From Candidatus Delongbacteria bacterium (lineage in GTDB: Bacteria > UBA4055), in assembly GCA_027858225.1 (NCBI GenBank), contig JAQIDB010000202.1:1-47422 (forward strand): a DNA stretch of 47,422 bases. The letters are read 5' to 3'. The notes below the pieces were generated by a model, which was not told where the DNA came from, searched no databases, and worked only from the letters and a program-made list of their open reading frames with translations. Of the stretch, positions 18,839 to 29,080 are shown in pieces. The stretch's first letter is position 1, and the number at the start of each line of letters is the position of its first letter. Both the position numbers and the translations under genes were made by a program.

Positions 18839-20998
18839 ATGAAGAAGTTAGCTATATTCTTTTTGTTAGCGTTACTTTCGTTGACTATGCTCGTACAAAC
18901 CGGATGTTCATCTGATACTACTACTGATGATACTGATCCTATCGTAATTGATATTGATATTACAAATCTAGGGCTAGAAACTGTAGAAATCGACAGTTTT
19001 GACATTGAAGGAAATTTCCCTGTATTTGTTCAATTAACTGGTTTAACTGAAAATTATTCTCAATTAAACTTTTACTTAGGAACTGATACTAATCCTGTTG
19101 TATCCTTGGATAAAGCAGAATTAGCACTGCTTGCAGAAACAACTGCTTTGGATATCAGTATCACTCGATTAATAAGCACTCTTGGATATCCTGAAGGTGA
19201 TATTGACTTAAGAGTTGAAGCTGTTGGAACTAATTTTGCTACGGATGAAGTAACGATTCCTATTTATCTGAGAGAACCAGGACCAAATAGTGAATGGATT
19301 GACATTGAAATTATACTTCCTGAGAATCCTGCAGAATATGATATTGGTGATATTATTGAGATCCAAATTGAAATGCTTGGAAATAGTACGATGTTTAAAT
19401 CTTTCGATGCATATTTGGATGGTGAAACGACACCTTTCTTTACAGCAACAACATTTGATACGACATTCGATTTTACTTATGAAACAGAAAACAAAGCCAT
19501 TGGTAGCTATATAATGAACTTCGAAGTAACTGATATTTATGATGTCATTAAGAGAAAAACTTTGAATTTCACACTTAAAGAATTTATCCCAACATTTGAC
19601 ATAACTGATGCTGGAGGTACAGGATATGAACTTAAGTCTATTGTTCAGACGTATGATGGGGGATATTTAACAGTTGCCTCTGATTCTATACTTGGAACTA
19701 GAGTTGCGAAATATGCCTATAATAAAGAGAATGAAGCAGCTGATCAACTTTGGGCTGAAAACATTGGAGCTGATGTTGGTATTGCAGAAAGTATTGTTGA
19801 AGATAGAGAGTATGATGGTGGTGTTGTTATAGCAGGTTGGAGAGATAATGGTACCGATATTGATACTTGGGCAAGAAAGGTCAATTCAGAAGATGGTAGC
19901 TTAATTTGGAACAAGCACTACGGATTAACTGGTATCGATGATGGAGGCACAGTGATTCGAAAATCTATTGATGATGGATTTATCATTGGTGGATATAGTT
20001 TAAATCCTCTTGGTGTTGAGGAAATGTACATAGATACTACTTGGGTACTAGACTCTCTCGGTATACCTACAGATTCTGTAGATTTTATCGTACCAGGTCC
20101 TACTTGGGAAACTGGTTATGATGTAAGACTTATTAAAGTATACAGTAATGGTAATGTCGCATGGAATGGTGCACAAAACTCTTGGAGAGACATAACTGGA
20201 CACGGTATTTATATTGATGTTGGTGGAGTCTTGTATGTAGTAGATCAGTGGGTTAAAAAAATGGGAGACCAATTTATTACCGATCTCGTAGTAAAAGATG
20301 ATGGAACTATTCTAACAACTGGTTGGCAAAATTTCAGGCTGTATGATGGAAATGTACCTGAAACAGATATGTTCTTTGCCGAATTTGATAGTTACGGTAA
20401 TTATAACAAATCTACGACTTGGAGTAGAATGAGTGACTTTGATAATGAACATCATGCGTTGAAAGATTATTTAGATCCTCTAGTAAATATTTCATGGTTA
20501 ACTTCTCGTAGCTTAGGTAGTAAATACGAAAACGAGTCTGGATTTGGTATTACTGAATCACACGGTGGCTATAGCGGAGATGTAATAATGGTCGGTGAAA
20601 CTTATCAAGAAGATGATGCCCCTGTTAAAGCTAAGCTCTTTGACGCGTGGATAGTTGAATTTTTAATTAGCGGTGATGATGATGGTGCATTGTGGGAATA
20701 TTCTTTTGGTGATGCTGAAAAAAATGAGAAAGCTTTTGGTATTGATCAAACTAAGGATGATGGATATATTGTTACAGGATACGGTACCGAATCCGATAAG
20801 CAAACTTGGACATTTAAATTAAGTAAAGAATTATTTTTTGTATGGTCAAAAAAATATGATACTGCCGGAGATGATTGGGGAGTTAAGGCTTTACAATGTA
20901 GAGACGGTGGTTATATGACTGGTGGTAATGTTGGAACAGGATCTGCAGTCAGAGCTAGATTGATAAAAATAAATAAACTTGGTGAAGAGAACGAATAG
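18839..20998 (+). CDS. Lipoprotein with two N-terminal Ig-like modules followed by a repeat-rich (DGGY-type, beta-propeller-like) region
   Basis: The lipobox is LVQTGC. The repeated motifs include YDGGYL, YDGGVVIAGW, DDGFIIGGY, KDDGYIVTGYG and RDGGYMTGG. The N-terminal 230 aa are paralogous to 28223-28948. Confidence 0.6.
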   Translation: MKKLAIFFLLALLSLTMLVQTGCSSDTTTDDTDPIVIDIDITNLGLETVEIDSFDIEGNFPVFVQLTGLTENYSQLNFYLGTDTNPVVSLDKAELALLAETTALDISITRLISTLGYPEGDIDLRVEAVGTNFATDEVTIPIYLREPGPNSEWIDIEIILPENPAEYDIGDIIEIQIEMLGNSTMFKSFDAYLDGETTPFFTATTFDTTFDFTYETENKAIGSYIMNFEVTDIYDVIKRKTLNFTLKEFIPTFDITDAGGTGYELKSIVQTYDGGYLTVASDSILGTRVAKYAYNKENEAADQLWAENIGADVGIAESIVEDREYDGGVVIAGWRDNGTDIDTWARKVNSEDGSLIWNKHYGLTGIDDGGTVIRKSIDDGFIIGGYSLNPLGVEEMYIDTTWVLDSLGIPTDSVDFIVPGPTWETGYDVRLIKVYSNGNVAWNGAQNSWRDITGHGIYIDVGGVLYVVDQWVKKMGDQFITDLVVKDDGTILTTGWQNFRLYDGNVPETDMFFAEFDSYGNYNKSTTWSRMSDFDNEHHALKDYLDPLVNISWLTSRSLGSKYENESGFGITESHGGYSGDVIMVGETYQEDDAPVKAKLFDAWIVEFLISGDDDGALWEYSFGDAEKNEKAFGIDQTKDDGYIVTGYGTESDKQTWTFKLSKELFFVWSKKYDTAGDDWGVKALQCRDGGYMTGGNVGTGSAVRARLIKINKLGEENE

Positions 20999-21012
20999 AA
21001 ATATTCGTTACA

Positions 21013-21048
21013 TAAAAAAAGGGAAGCTAACTAGCTTCCCTTTTTTTA
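21013..21048. terminator. Bidirectional rho-independent terminator
   Basis: The sequence is AAAAAAA-GGGAAGCTAactAGCTTCCC-TTTTTTT, between convergent genes. Confidence 0.85.
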
Positions 21049-21063
21049 TTTCTAAATTTTTGT

Positions 21064-21756
21064 CTATTGGAAATAATAAGTAAGTAACACTATAAAAAGT
21101 AAACTTGGTACCATGTTCAATATCTTTAGCTTTTTTAATTCAAGTATATTAATACCTAAACCAATAAGAATGATCCCACCAACTGCAGATAATTCCATTA
21201 TCATTACCTCAGTGAAGAATCCTTCCAATAGACTTGCAAACAATGTTAAACCACCTTGATAGATAAGCATAGGGATCACTGAAAGCATTACACCGAATCC
21301 CAATGAAGCAGATAAAGCTATTGATCCAAATCCATCCATTAATGATTTTGTCAGTAAAAGATCAGACACTCCACCAAGTCCTTCCTCAATCGCACCTAAA
21401 ATAGTCATGGATCCCATGCAGAACAACATGAATGCTGTAACAAAACCCTCAGTAAACTTGTCATTCTTTGATTTTGTCTTTTTCTTTATCTTTTCACTGA
21501 GTTTATTGACTTTATCTTCCAAATTCAATAATTCACCTGTGATAGAGCCTAAAACAATACTGAATACCATTAGCAGTATGTTATTTGTTTTCAAGGCCAT
21601 TGAAAAACCTAGGAATAAAGTAAAAAGTCCTATTCCCTGAAAAACTGTTGTGGTTATTCTTTTAGGCAATCTAGAATGAATGATCAGACCGATCACGCTC
21701 CCAACGATAACTGCACCTACGTTAACAAGAGTTCCCTGTAATATCATATAATTCAA
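21064..21756 (-). CDS. DUF554-family (YdfK/YqgA-like) membrane protein
   Basis: The N-terminus GTLVNVGAVIVGSVIGL is followed by about 6 TM segments and a central charged loop. Confidence 0.65.
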   Translation of the reverse strand: MNYMILQGTLVNVGAVIVGSVIGLIIHSRLPKRITTTVFQGIGLFTLFLGFSMALKTNNILLMVFSIVLGSITGELLNLEDKVNKLSEKIKKKTKSKNDKFTEGFVTAFMLFCMGSMTILGAIEEGLGGVSDLLLTKSLMDGFGSIALSASLGFGVMLSVIPMLIYQGGLTLFASLLEGFFTEVMIMELSAVGGIILIGLGINILELKKLKILNMVPSLLFIVLLTYYFQ

Positions 21757-21798
21757 ACCTTCGTTTATTTTAAGAACACATATAATTTGAACCTTAGT

Positions 21799-22053
21799 TT
21801 ATTTTAACAACATACATGAATCAATATCGATTTCGTTGTGTCTTCCTTGATAGTATTCTTTTGCATCATCAATAGCTTGATTGTATATAGCTTTTCCTAT
21901 TTTCTTTGTTATATGATCAAACAAAGAACTTGCTCCAAGATTTCCAATTTCAACATCTAGATCATTCTTACAAAATTTTAAAAGCCCATCAATTAATTCA
22001 ACCTTACTTTTTTCGGATATCTTTATATCCATAATTTCTTCTCTCATATTCAT
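21799..22053 (-). CDS. Small DUF2164-like protein
   Basis: This is an 84-aa ORF with the pattern ...LDVEIGNLGASSLFDHI...IYNQAIDDA. It sits 2 nt downstream of the previous gene's stop. Confidence 0.45.
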   Translation of the reverse strand: MNMREEIMDIKISEKSKVELIDGLLKFCKNDLDVEIGNLGASSLFDHITKKIGKAIYNQAIDDAKEYYQGRHNEIDIDSCMLLK

Positions 22054-22055
22054 AA

Positions 22056-23147
22056 TTAATAACCATATATGTTTATTTCAGATTTACTATTAACTATTTC
22101 ATAAATTTTATCTCCGAAAAAATATATTTTCGAATCAAATCTACGAACAAAATCTTCACCGATCAGACCATTAACTTTAGTAGTACTTATGAAAGTTCCA
22201 TCCTTAAAAATATCTACAATAAAATCGTTTTGGTTTCTACTATTTCTTTCTATTGAAGAACAAACTAATAATCTCCCATACTTATCATAGAAAAGATCGT
22301 TAATTGATTTTTTATATGACTTATTCTCTGACATTAGATTTCCATTGGCACGTAAATTAAGTGTCCTGATTTTTTCTCTCTCGTACCCATTATACTCTAA
22401 TTTCTTATAATCATGAGTTATCTGTTTAAGTTTTTTTCCATCCAGATCAAAAACATTTATTTTATAGTCATCCTGGCTATTTTCAGCAACATAGATTTTA
22501 CCATCACCATTGGTATATTTCGATACTGATTCAAAGTATCTTATATTAGCAGGATCGAACTCTGTTTCATAGTCTCTTAATACTGCAAGTTTTTCGAATT
22601 TCTTGTTCATGAGTGCCAGATTATGTCTGAATAACAACTGACCATTAGGAGTCTCTTTGACAAAGTTGATATATCCAACAATTTTATCCTTTGATACGCT
22701 GCGAAGTATCTCACCTATCACACCTTTGAACATACCCTCATTCGTGTAATCAAAAGATTCCAAGTACTTACCCTGATTATCAAATTTTACGATTTTTTTA
22801 ATAGGAAATGATTTTACATATATATCATCATCAATGACCGCAAAATCCAGACTTAGAAATTGTCCTGGTTCTTTTCCTATATCCCCGAAAGAAGTAATAA
22901 ATTCACCAACTTCATTAAATTTCAAAATCTTCCCTTTTCTTGAATTCAGCAAATAGATATTGCCTTGGCTATCAAAATCCATGTCTTCGATCTCACTGAA
23001 AGTTCTTGTTGAATCTTTAGTGTCAATATCTCCTTGAATAGTCAAAGCAAGCTTAAGATCCAAGGAACCATCAGACTTACTACTACAACCTGAAAAAAAG
23101 ATTATTGTGATTGTTAAAATAACTAGAATCATTTTTTTTACTGTCAT
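22056..23147 (-). CDS. Lipoprotein, 6-bladed beta-propeller (NHL-like) family
   Basis: The lipobox is FFSGC. Blade-like motifs recur (DSQGNIYLLN, DDDIYV, DGKIYVAE, YGRLLV, DKIYE). Confidence 0.55.
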   Translation of the reverse strand: MTVKKMILVILTITIIFFSGCSSKSDGSLDLKLALTIQGDIDTKDSTRTFSEIEDMDFDSQGNIYLLNSRKGKILKFNEVGEFITSFGDIGKEPGQFLSLDFAVIDDDIYVKSFPIKKIVKFDNQGKYLESFDYTNEGMFKGVIGEILRSVSKDKIVGYINFVKETPNGQLLFRHNLALMNKKFEKLAVLRDYETEFDPANIRYFESVSKYTNGDGKIYVAENSQDDYKINVFDLDGKKLKQITHDYKKLEYNGYEREKIRTLNLRANGNLMSENKSYKKSINDLFYDKYGRLLVCSSIERNSRNQNDFIVDIFKDGTFISTTKVNGLIGEDFVRRFDSKIYFFGDKIYEIVNSKSEINIYGY

Positions 23148-23174
23148 GATTATTTATCCTGTTTTTTTTCATTA

Positions 23175-23735
23175 TTAACTTATAATTAATTTTCTAAACT
23201 CATCATCTAATACATCCATATAAACATCATCATATTCTTTACCATTCATAGATAAAGAATTCCTTCTGCGTCCGATCTCTTTAAATCCACATTTTTTATA
23301 AGCAGCTATTCCCCTTTCGTTAAAAGAGAAAACTTTTAACATTATGTTTCTTAAATTCAGATAATTAAATCCATATCCCATTAAAAGTTTCATAGCTTCA
23401 GACCCATAACCTTTATTCCAAAAATTCTTATTCCCAATAAAGATACCAATTTCTGCATTCCTCTCTTCATGGTTTACTTTGTGAAATCCACAGTTTCCAA
23501 TTAATGTATCCGTCTCTTTATCAATAATTGCATAGTTATGTGATCTGGATAACTTGTCAAGAAATTCCTTTTCTGAATGAAGCGCGAGCACACTACTTGA
23601 AGTCCCAAGGTTAGAAGTAATCTCAAGATCGTTCATCCATTCAGTATATTGCTCAAAATCATCAACATTCATTGGTGAAAGATAACATTTCTCACCGACC
23701 ATTTTCTTAAAGTATTTCATATTTAACCCATTCAT
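23175..23735 (-). CDS. GNAT-family N-acetyltransferase (RimJ/RimL-like)
   Basis: The acetyl-CoA region is WNKGYGSEAMKLLMGYGF and a later motif is N.RGIAAYKKCGFKEIG. Confidence 0.8.
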   Translation of the reverse strand: MNGLNMKYFKKMVGEKCYLSPMNVDDFEQYTEWMNDLEITSNLGTSSSVLALHSEKEFLDKLSRSHNYAIIDKETDTLIGNCGFHKVNHEERNAEIGIFIGNKNFWNKGYGSEAMKLLMGYGFNYLNLRNIMLKVFSFNERGIAAYKKCGFKEIGRRRNSLSMNGKEYDDVYMDVLDDEFRKLIIS

Positions 23736-23821
23736 TATTTGTAGTACACAAAATAAAGAATATTTTACTTTAAATCTATCGAATAATATTTTACTTTATA
23801 ACAAACTTGTTAGGAGTATAC

Positions 23822-24898
23822 ATGAAGTACAATAAAACAATCATTCTATTTTTTGTTGTCGTAAAATTGTTTTCAATTGAAAATGTATTAAAGAACTCTG
23901 ATCTCAGAGTTCCTAAGATTGATTATGACCCAGAAACTTATATTTGTCTAAGCACATCTGAAAAACTTAACTTTGATGGAAAAGGATCTGAAACTGCTTG
24001 GATAAATGCACAATGGACTGATCTATTTGTTGATATTGAAGGTGATCTTAAGCCGAAACCTGAATTTGAAACTAAAGTTAAGATGCTCTGGGATAACGAA
24101 TACATGTATTTCTATGCGGAAATGGTGGAACCTCATCTCTGGGCAACTTTAACAGAAAGAGATGCTGTGATCTACTATGATAATGATTTTGAGATATTCA
24201 TAGATCCTGATGGAGATACTCATAACTATTATGAGTTAGAGTTCAATTTATTCGGAACTCTTTGGGACCTAATGTTGACTAAACCGTATCGAGATGGTGG
24301 TCATGCAATTGATGCTTGGGATGTTAGAGATATTAAGTATGCTTTAAACTTAGACGGAACTTTGAACGATCCGTCAGATATTGATAAGGGTTGGTCTATT
24401 GAAGTAGCAATACCTTGGAAAGTTCTTGAAGAAGCTGCAAATCATGGAGGTCCTCCAATTAACAAGGAACAGTGGAGAATTAACTTCTCAAGAGTTCAAT
24501 GGGATACAGAGATAATCAATGGAGAATATGTAAAGAAGAAAGCTCCTGAGCATAACTGGGTCTGGTCTCCACAGGGTTTAATCGCTATGCATTTCCCGGA
24601 AATGTGGGGGATTGTAGAATTCAGAAAAAATGATGTGCAAATAAATGAAGTTGTTGAATCTTATGCAGAAGAGAAATGGATATTACGTCAGCTTTACTAC
24701 GGAATGAAATATTACAAAGATAAAAACAAAATATACCCTCACAACTTGGAAGAACTATATTCATTTTTAAAAATTAAAGATCTAGATGTTAATCCTGATC
24801 TACAACTTACAAATACAATGTTCGAAATTACTTTGATCTCAGAGGACAAAGTGAAGTGGCATGTAAATAACAATGGTAAAATATGGATGGATAAATAA
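23822..24898 (+). CDS. Secreted carbohydrate-binding family-9-like (CBM9/DOMON-like) protein
   Basis: It has a signal peptide. The CBM9-like pattern is W..A.WTDLFVDIEG...KVKMLWDNEYMYFYAEM...DNDFEIFIDPDGD.HNYYELE.N. The ATG at 23822 has an AGGAG 6 nt upstream. Confidence 0.55.
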   Translation: MKYNKTIILFFVVVKLFSIENVLKNSDLRVPKIDYDPETYICLSTSEKLNFDGKGSETAWINAQWTDLFVDIEGDLKPKPEFETKVKMLWDNEYMYFYAEMVEPHLWATLTERDAVIYYDNDFEIFIDPDGDTHNYYELEFNLFGTLWDLMLTKPYRDGGHAIDAWDVRDIKYALNLDGTLNDPSDIDKGWSIEVAIPWKVLEEAANHGGPPINKEQWRINFSRVQWDTEIINGEYVKKKAPEHNWVWSPQGLIAMHFPEMWGIVEFRKNDVQINEVVESYAEEKWILRQLYYGMKYYKDKNKIYPHNLEELYSFLKIKDLDVNPDLQLTNTMFEITLISEDKVKWHVNNNGKIWMDK

Positions 24899-25884
24899 TG
24901 GAATTTTATACTTGGGTACATGAAGATAAAAATAAAAGCACTGATCAATGGAAAGAAGATTTTAATTCTCTAAAAGAGAATGGATTTGAAGGAATATTCT
25001 TAGGTGGAGATATTGATTTTCTGAAAAAGATATCACCAATTGCGAAAGACATTGGACTTGAAGTTCAAGCATGGTTCTGGACTCTGAATGTAAATAATGA
25101 TGAGTTTGTTCAGAAAGAACATCCTGATTGGTTTAATGTAAGTAGACTTGGACAGAGTTCATTAACTGATCCACCATATGTAGATTATTACAAATGGTTA
25201 TGCCCTTCAAAACCTGAAGTTACAGAATATATCACAGAGAAAATATTGAAGATCCTTGAAATTGATTCAATATCTGGAATACATCTTGACTACATAAGAC
25301 ATCCTGATCAGTATTTACCCGTTGGATTATTGAAAAATTATGACCTTGAGGATAAATATTATCCTGAGTTCGATTTCTGCTATTGTGATACTTGTAAGCA
25401 GAAGTTTAAAGAACAAACCGGAATAGATATTTCCACGAAGGAAAACATTGAGCAGGATGATGACTGGTTCGAATTCAGACTAAAGTCAGTGATCGATCTG
25501 GTTAATCATATCTCTGAAAAAGTTCATGCCAAGAACAAGAAGATCACTGCTGCAGTCTTCCCTACCCCTGATATGGCTTCAATAATGGTAAGACAAGACT
25601 GGTCAAGATGGAATATTGATGGTGCTTTCCCAATGCTATATAATTCATTTTACAATGAAGATACAGTATGGATAGCTGACTCGATCAGAGAAGGTATTTT
25701 TCATGCAGGTAGAGAATTGCCGATCTATGCAGGTTTGTATCTGCCCGAGATGGATATAACAGATTTCATTGAAGCAATAGAGTTTTCAATAGATGGAGGA
25801 GCTTCTGGATTCTCGCTATTCCCAAGTGATAAAATCACAAAAGAACATATAAGCGTTATAAATAAATTGAAAATCGAGAATTAA
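24898..25884 (+). CDS. TIM-barrel glycoside-hydrolase-like protein (GHL10/DUF187-like; family uncertain)
   Basis: The motif GIHLDYIRHPD and alternating beta/alpha segments are present. The start overlaps the upstream stop (TAATG). Confidence 0.4.
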   Translation: MEFYTWVHEDKNKSTDQWKEDFNSLKENGFEGIFLGGDIDFLKKISPIAKDIGLEVQAWFWTLNVNNDEFVQKEHPDWFNVSRLGQSSLTDPPYVDYYKWLCPSKPEVTEYITEKILKILEIDSISGIHLDYIRHPDQYLPVGLLKNYDLEDKYYPEFDFCYCDTCKQKFKEQTGIDISTKENIEQDDDWFEFRLKSVIDLVNHISEKVHAKNKKITAAVFPTPDMASIMVRQDWSRWNIDGAFPMLYNSFYNEDTVWIADSIREGIFHAGRELPIYAGLYLPEMDITDFIEAIEFSIDGGASGFSLFPSDKITKEHISVINKLKIEN

Positions 25885-25891
25885 TGGAAGA

Positions 25892-25968
25892 TTATCCCAA
25901 CGGGATATAACACCCATAACCACAGGTTTCAACCTGTGGGAAAAAAGATCCTGAATCAAGTTCAGGAT
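25892..25968 (+). repeat. Family-3 double-hairpin element (copy 1) plus an adjacent ATCCTGAA/TTCAGGAT hairpin
   Basis: The element reads TATCCCaacGGGATA-taacacccataa-CCACAGGTttcaACCTGTGG, followed by atcctgaatcaagttcaggat. Other copies lie at 31959 and 33290. Confidence 0.85.
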
Positions 25969-25984
25969 GACGAAGGGAAAAAAC

Positions 25985-27076
25985 ATGAATAAAGAATTAT
26001 TAAAAAGAACAGCTGAAAGATTTTACTCAGCAGAAAATAGTAAAGAAGTCCTTATCGGCTTCGATGGATTCATTGATAATATTTTAAGACCAGTGAAAGA
26101 AAGAAAAGATCATGAGAATTATACCCCGATCGAAGATATAATTACTTTTTCGGATAGGATTAGATCAGCCTCTGGTAAAAGTATGAACATTGAGATTGTC
26201 AAAGAAAGATCAAGTATGGGCGGGAACGGACCTATCATGGCAAATTCTCTGATAGAACTTGGAAATACTATGAATTTTATCGGTTCACTGGGAGAAAATG
26301 AAGTATTACCTATCTTTAAACCTTTTACCGATAAATGTAAGAGTGTAATTTCTTTCTCTGATCCCGGTATCACTGATGCTTTTGAAATGAATGACGGAAA
26401 AGTTATGTTCAACTATCCTCAGACAATCCTGAATTTAAGCTGGGAAATGCTCCTTGAAAAAGTTGGGTTAGATAAACTCAGAGAAAAAATTCATTACTCT
26501 AGATATTTAGCTTTTGTCAACTGGACAATGATACCGATGATGAATGGGATATTTGAAGGTTTATTTGAAATGCTTTCCAAAACTGCTGAAGTAAAGACAA
26601 TTTATATTGACCTGACTGATCCAAAGAAACGATCCAGAGAAGATCTTAAAAAATGTCTTGATTTATTAATGAAAATTAATGAAAACTCAGGCGTAATACT
26701 AGGTCTTAATGAATCTGAAGCAGTTCAAGTTGCTGAAGTTCTAAATGCAAGTATCGAATATCAAGATATCAAAGAACTTGCTGAAAATATTCATAATAAG
26801 ATGCAAATAAAGGCAATAGTAATTCATAGTATCAAACAAGCTTCAGTTGCAACAGAAGACAATTCATTCATAGTTGATGGACCATATACTCCTAATCCTA
26901 AACTTTCCACAGGTGCAGGAGATATCTTCAATGCAGGATTCTATGGAGGATATATGGCAGGATTAAAACTGGACGAATGTCTAGCTACAGGTGTTTGTAA
27001 CTCAGGCTTCTATGTAAGAAATGAACGACCTGCAACAAAAAAAGAACTCATTGAGTTCATGAGAGGACTACTCTAG
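25985..27076 (+). CDS. PfkB-family carbohydrate kinase
   Basis: The C-terminal motif is [15 protein letters not shown], with GGNGPIMAN near the N-terminus. The track start at 25967 lies inside the repeat. The ATG at 25985 has AAGGGA 7 nt upstream. Confidence 0.6.
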   Translation: MNKELLKRTAERFYSAENSKEVLIGFDGFIDNILRPVKERKDHENYTPIEDIITFSDRIRSASGKSMNIEIVKERSSMGGNGPIMANSLIELGNTMNFIGSLGENEVLPIFKPFTDKCKSVISFSDPGITDAFEMNDGKVMFNYPQTILNLSWEMLLEKVGLDKLREKIHYSRYLAFVNWTMIPMMNGIFEGLFEMLSKTAEVKTIYIDLTDPKKRSREDLKKCLDLLMKINENSGVILGLNESEAVQVAEVLNASIEYQDIKELAENIHNKMQIKAIVIHSIKQASVATEDNSFIVDGPYTPNPKLSTGAGDIFNAGFYGGYMAGLKLDECLATGVCNSGFYVRNERPATKKELIEFMRGLL

Positions 27077-27084
27077 CAAAGCAG

Positions 27085-27149
27085 AGACGCTCATGTAGAG
27101 CGTCTATACGAAAAGGTGTACAACGTAAAGACGTCCAACCTGGGCGTCT
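27085..27149 (+). repeat. Two GAGACGC-type hairpins between the kinase and GH130 genes
   Basis: The two hairpins are AGACGCTCatgtaGAGCGTCT (27085-27105) and AGACGtccaacctgggCGTCT (27129-27149). Confidence 0.7.
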
Positions 27150-27168
27150 CGTAAAAAAGGGAAAAAAC

Positions 27169-28137
27169 ATGACAAAAATAATCGGCACCTCTTTACCCAA
27201 TATCCCCTGGGAAGATAAACCTCAAAACTACAACGGACCAGTATGGCGTTATAGCCACAATCCAATAATCCCAAGAGATCTTTTAAAAAACTCTAACAGT
27301 ATCTTCAACAGTGCTGCAGTCCCTTTCAAAGATGGTTTTGCAGGTGTTTTCCGTTGCGATAACAGAGCAAGGCAGATGAGGATACATACAGGATTTTCAG
27401 AGAATGGAATTGATTGGAAAATAGATGAAGAACCTATTAAATTCATCTCAAATGATCCTGAGATCGGAAATTTTGAATATGCTTATGATCCCAGAGTTAC
27501 TAAGATTGATGATAAATTCTATGTAACTTGGTGCAATGGTTATCATGGACCGACAATCGGAGTTGCATGGACAATAGATTTTAAAGAATATCATCAACTG
27601 GAAAATGCTTTTTTACCATATAATCGAAACGGTGTTTTATTCCCGAAAAAAATCAATGGAAACTTTGCAATGGTTTCACGACCTAGCGACACAGGACATA
27701 CAGCTTTTGGAGATATTTTCTACAGTGAAAGCCCTGACCTTGTCTACTGGGGTAAGCATAGACATGTTATGTCACCTATCATAGATGGATGGCAGAGCAC
27801 AAAGATCGGCCCTGGACCAGTTCCAATTGAAACTTCTGAAGGTTGGCTTATGATCTATCACGGAGTACTTACATCATGTAACGGATTTGTATATCATATG
27901 GGAGTTGCACTTCTTGATTTTGAAGAACCTTGGAAAGTTATTAAACGATCTAAGAAATATATTTTAGCTCCTTGGGAAATCTATGAATGCGTCGGTGATG
28001 TTCCGAATGTAGTATTCCCTTGTGCAGCATTAACTGACTCTGAAACAGGTAGAATTGCAATCTATTACGGATGTGCTGACACAGTCACGGGATTAGCTTT
28101 TACGAATGTTGACGAATTATTGGATGCGATGGAATAA
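27169..28137 (+). CDS. GH130-family beta-mannoside phosphorylase/glycosidase
   Basis: The pattern is W....HNPII.R.......[19 protein letters not shown], then [14 protein letters not shown], then GWLMIYHGV, then IYYGCADT. The size (322 aa) is typical for the family. Confidence 0.8.
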   Translation: MTKIIGTSLPNIPWEDKPQNYNGPVWRYSHNPIIPRDLLKNSNSIFNSAAVPFKDGFAGVFRCDNRARQMRIHTGFSENGIDWKIDEEPIKFISNDPEIGNFEYAYDPRVTKIDDKFYVTWCNGYHGPTIGVAWTIDFKEYHQLENAFLPYNRNGVLFPKKINGNFAMVSRPSDTGHTAFGDIFYSESPDLVYWGKHRHVMSPIIDGWQSTKIGPGPVPIETSEGWLMIYHGVLTSCNGFVYHMGVALLDFEEPWKVIKRSKKYILAPWEIYECVGDVPNVVFPCAALTDSETGRIAIYYGCADTVTGLAFTNVDELLDAME

Positions 28138-28222
28138 TTTATTTAACAATATTTGCAATTACACTTACAAATTATTAACTTTCTAAACTACTCACGCTAT
28201 GTAACAAATATTGGAGCTTTGG

Positions 28223-28948
28223 ATGAAGTTAAGGATTTTTATAATATTATTTATTTCTGCATTAATCTACATTGGTTGTGATACCGATTCTGATCCTACT
28301 CAACCACTTGACATTGGAATCACAGTTTTAGAACCTTTAGAAAATGACACATTTACTGTTGGTACATGGTTTGACATTGAATTACAATTAACTGGATATA
28401 CTTCAAGCTATTCTCATATTAATTATTATCTCGGAAATGATAGTATTCCAGTTACTGTCGTTAATAAAGATGAACTGAATTCCATCGCAGAAATACAAAC
28501 AACTGATGCTGAAATCAATACACGAATAGGTACAGTTGGTTATTTAGTAGATGATTATGATCTTATTGTTGAGGCTGTTGCAACTGATCTAACTACAGAT
28601 ATTGTAACAGTACCAATATATCTTGATGTACCATTTCCTCCACCAGTTTGGATGGATTTTGTATTTATAACTCCTCTTGACAGTTCAGAGTTTACTATCG
28701 GAGATACAATAAATTTTGAAGTTGAACTTCTAGGGAATGTTAACAGGTTTTGGAAATTTGAAGCCTTTACTGATTCCTCTACTTTTCAGTTCTTTCAGAC
28801 TGAAACTTATGCTGATACTATAAGATTTAATTATGATACTGATATTTTATCTATTGGAGAGCATTTCATAAATTGTGACCTAATTTTTTGGAGTAAAGGC
28901 ATTAATTCTAAGAATTTTTATTTTAATCTTGTAGACAGTATTAAATAA
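28223..28948 (+). CDS. Lipoprotein made of two Ig-like modules (short paralog of the 18839-20998 N-terminus)
   Basis: The lipobox is LIYIGC. It is collinear with residues about 35-240 of the 719-aa lipoprotein (QLTG...NYYLG...VEAV...VT(V/I)PIYL). Confidence 0.6.
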   Translation: MKLRIFIILFISALIYIGCDTDSDPTQPLDIGITVLEPLENDTFTVGTWFDIELQLTGYTSSYSHINYYLGNDSIPVTVVNKDELNSIAEIQTTDAEINTRIGTVGYLVDDYDLIVEAVATDLTTDIVTVPIYLDVPFPPPVWMDFVFITPLDSSEFTIGDTINFEVELLGNVNRFWKFEAFTDSSTFQFFQTETYADTIRFNYDTDILSIGEHFINCDLIFWSKGINSKNFYFNLVDSIK

Positions 28949-29080
28949 TAAAAATACAAGACTGATCAAAAACGAGTTATTCAAGGAATCATTTTATTTT
29001 ATGAATGAGTTTAGATAACCTAAACGACATGAACAAAAATAAAATTATGACGCCGAAATACGAAGTTTTTCATCGGTCGA

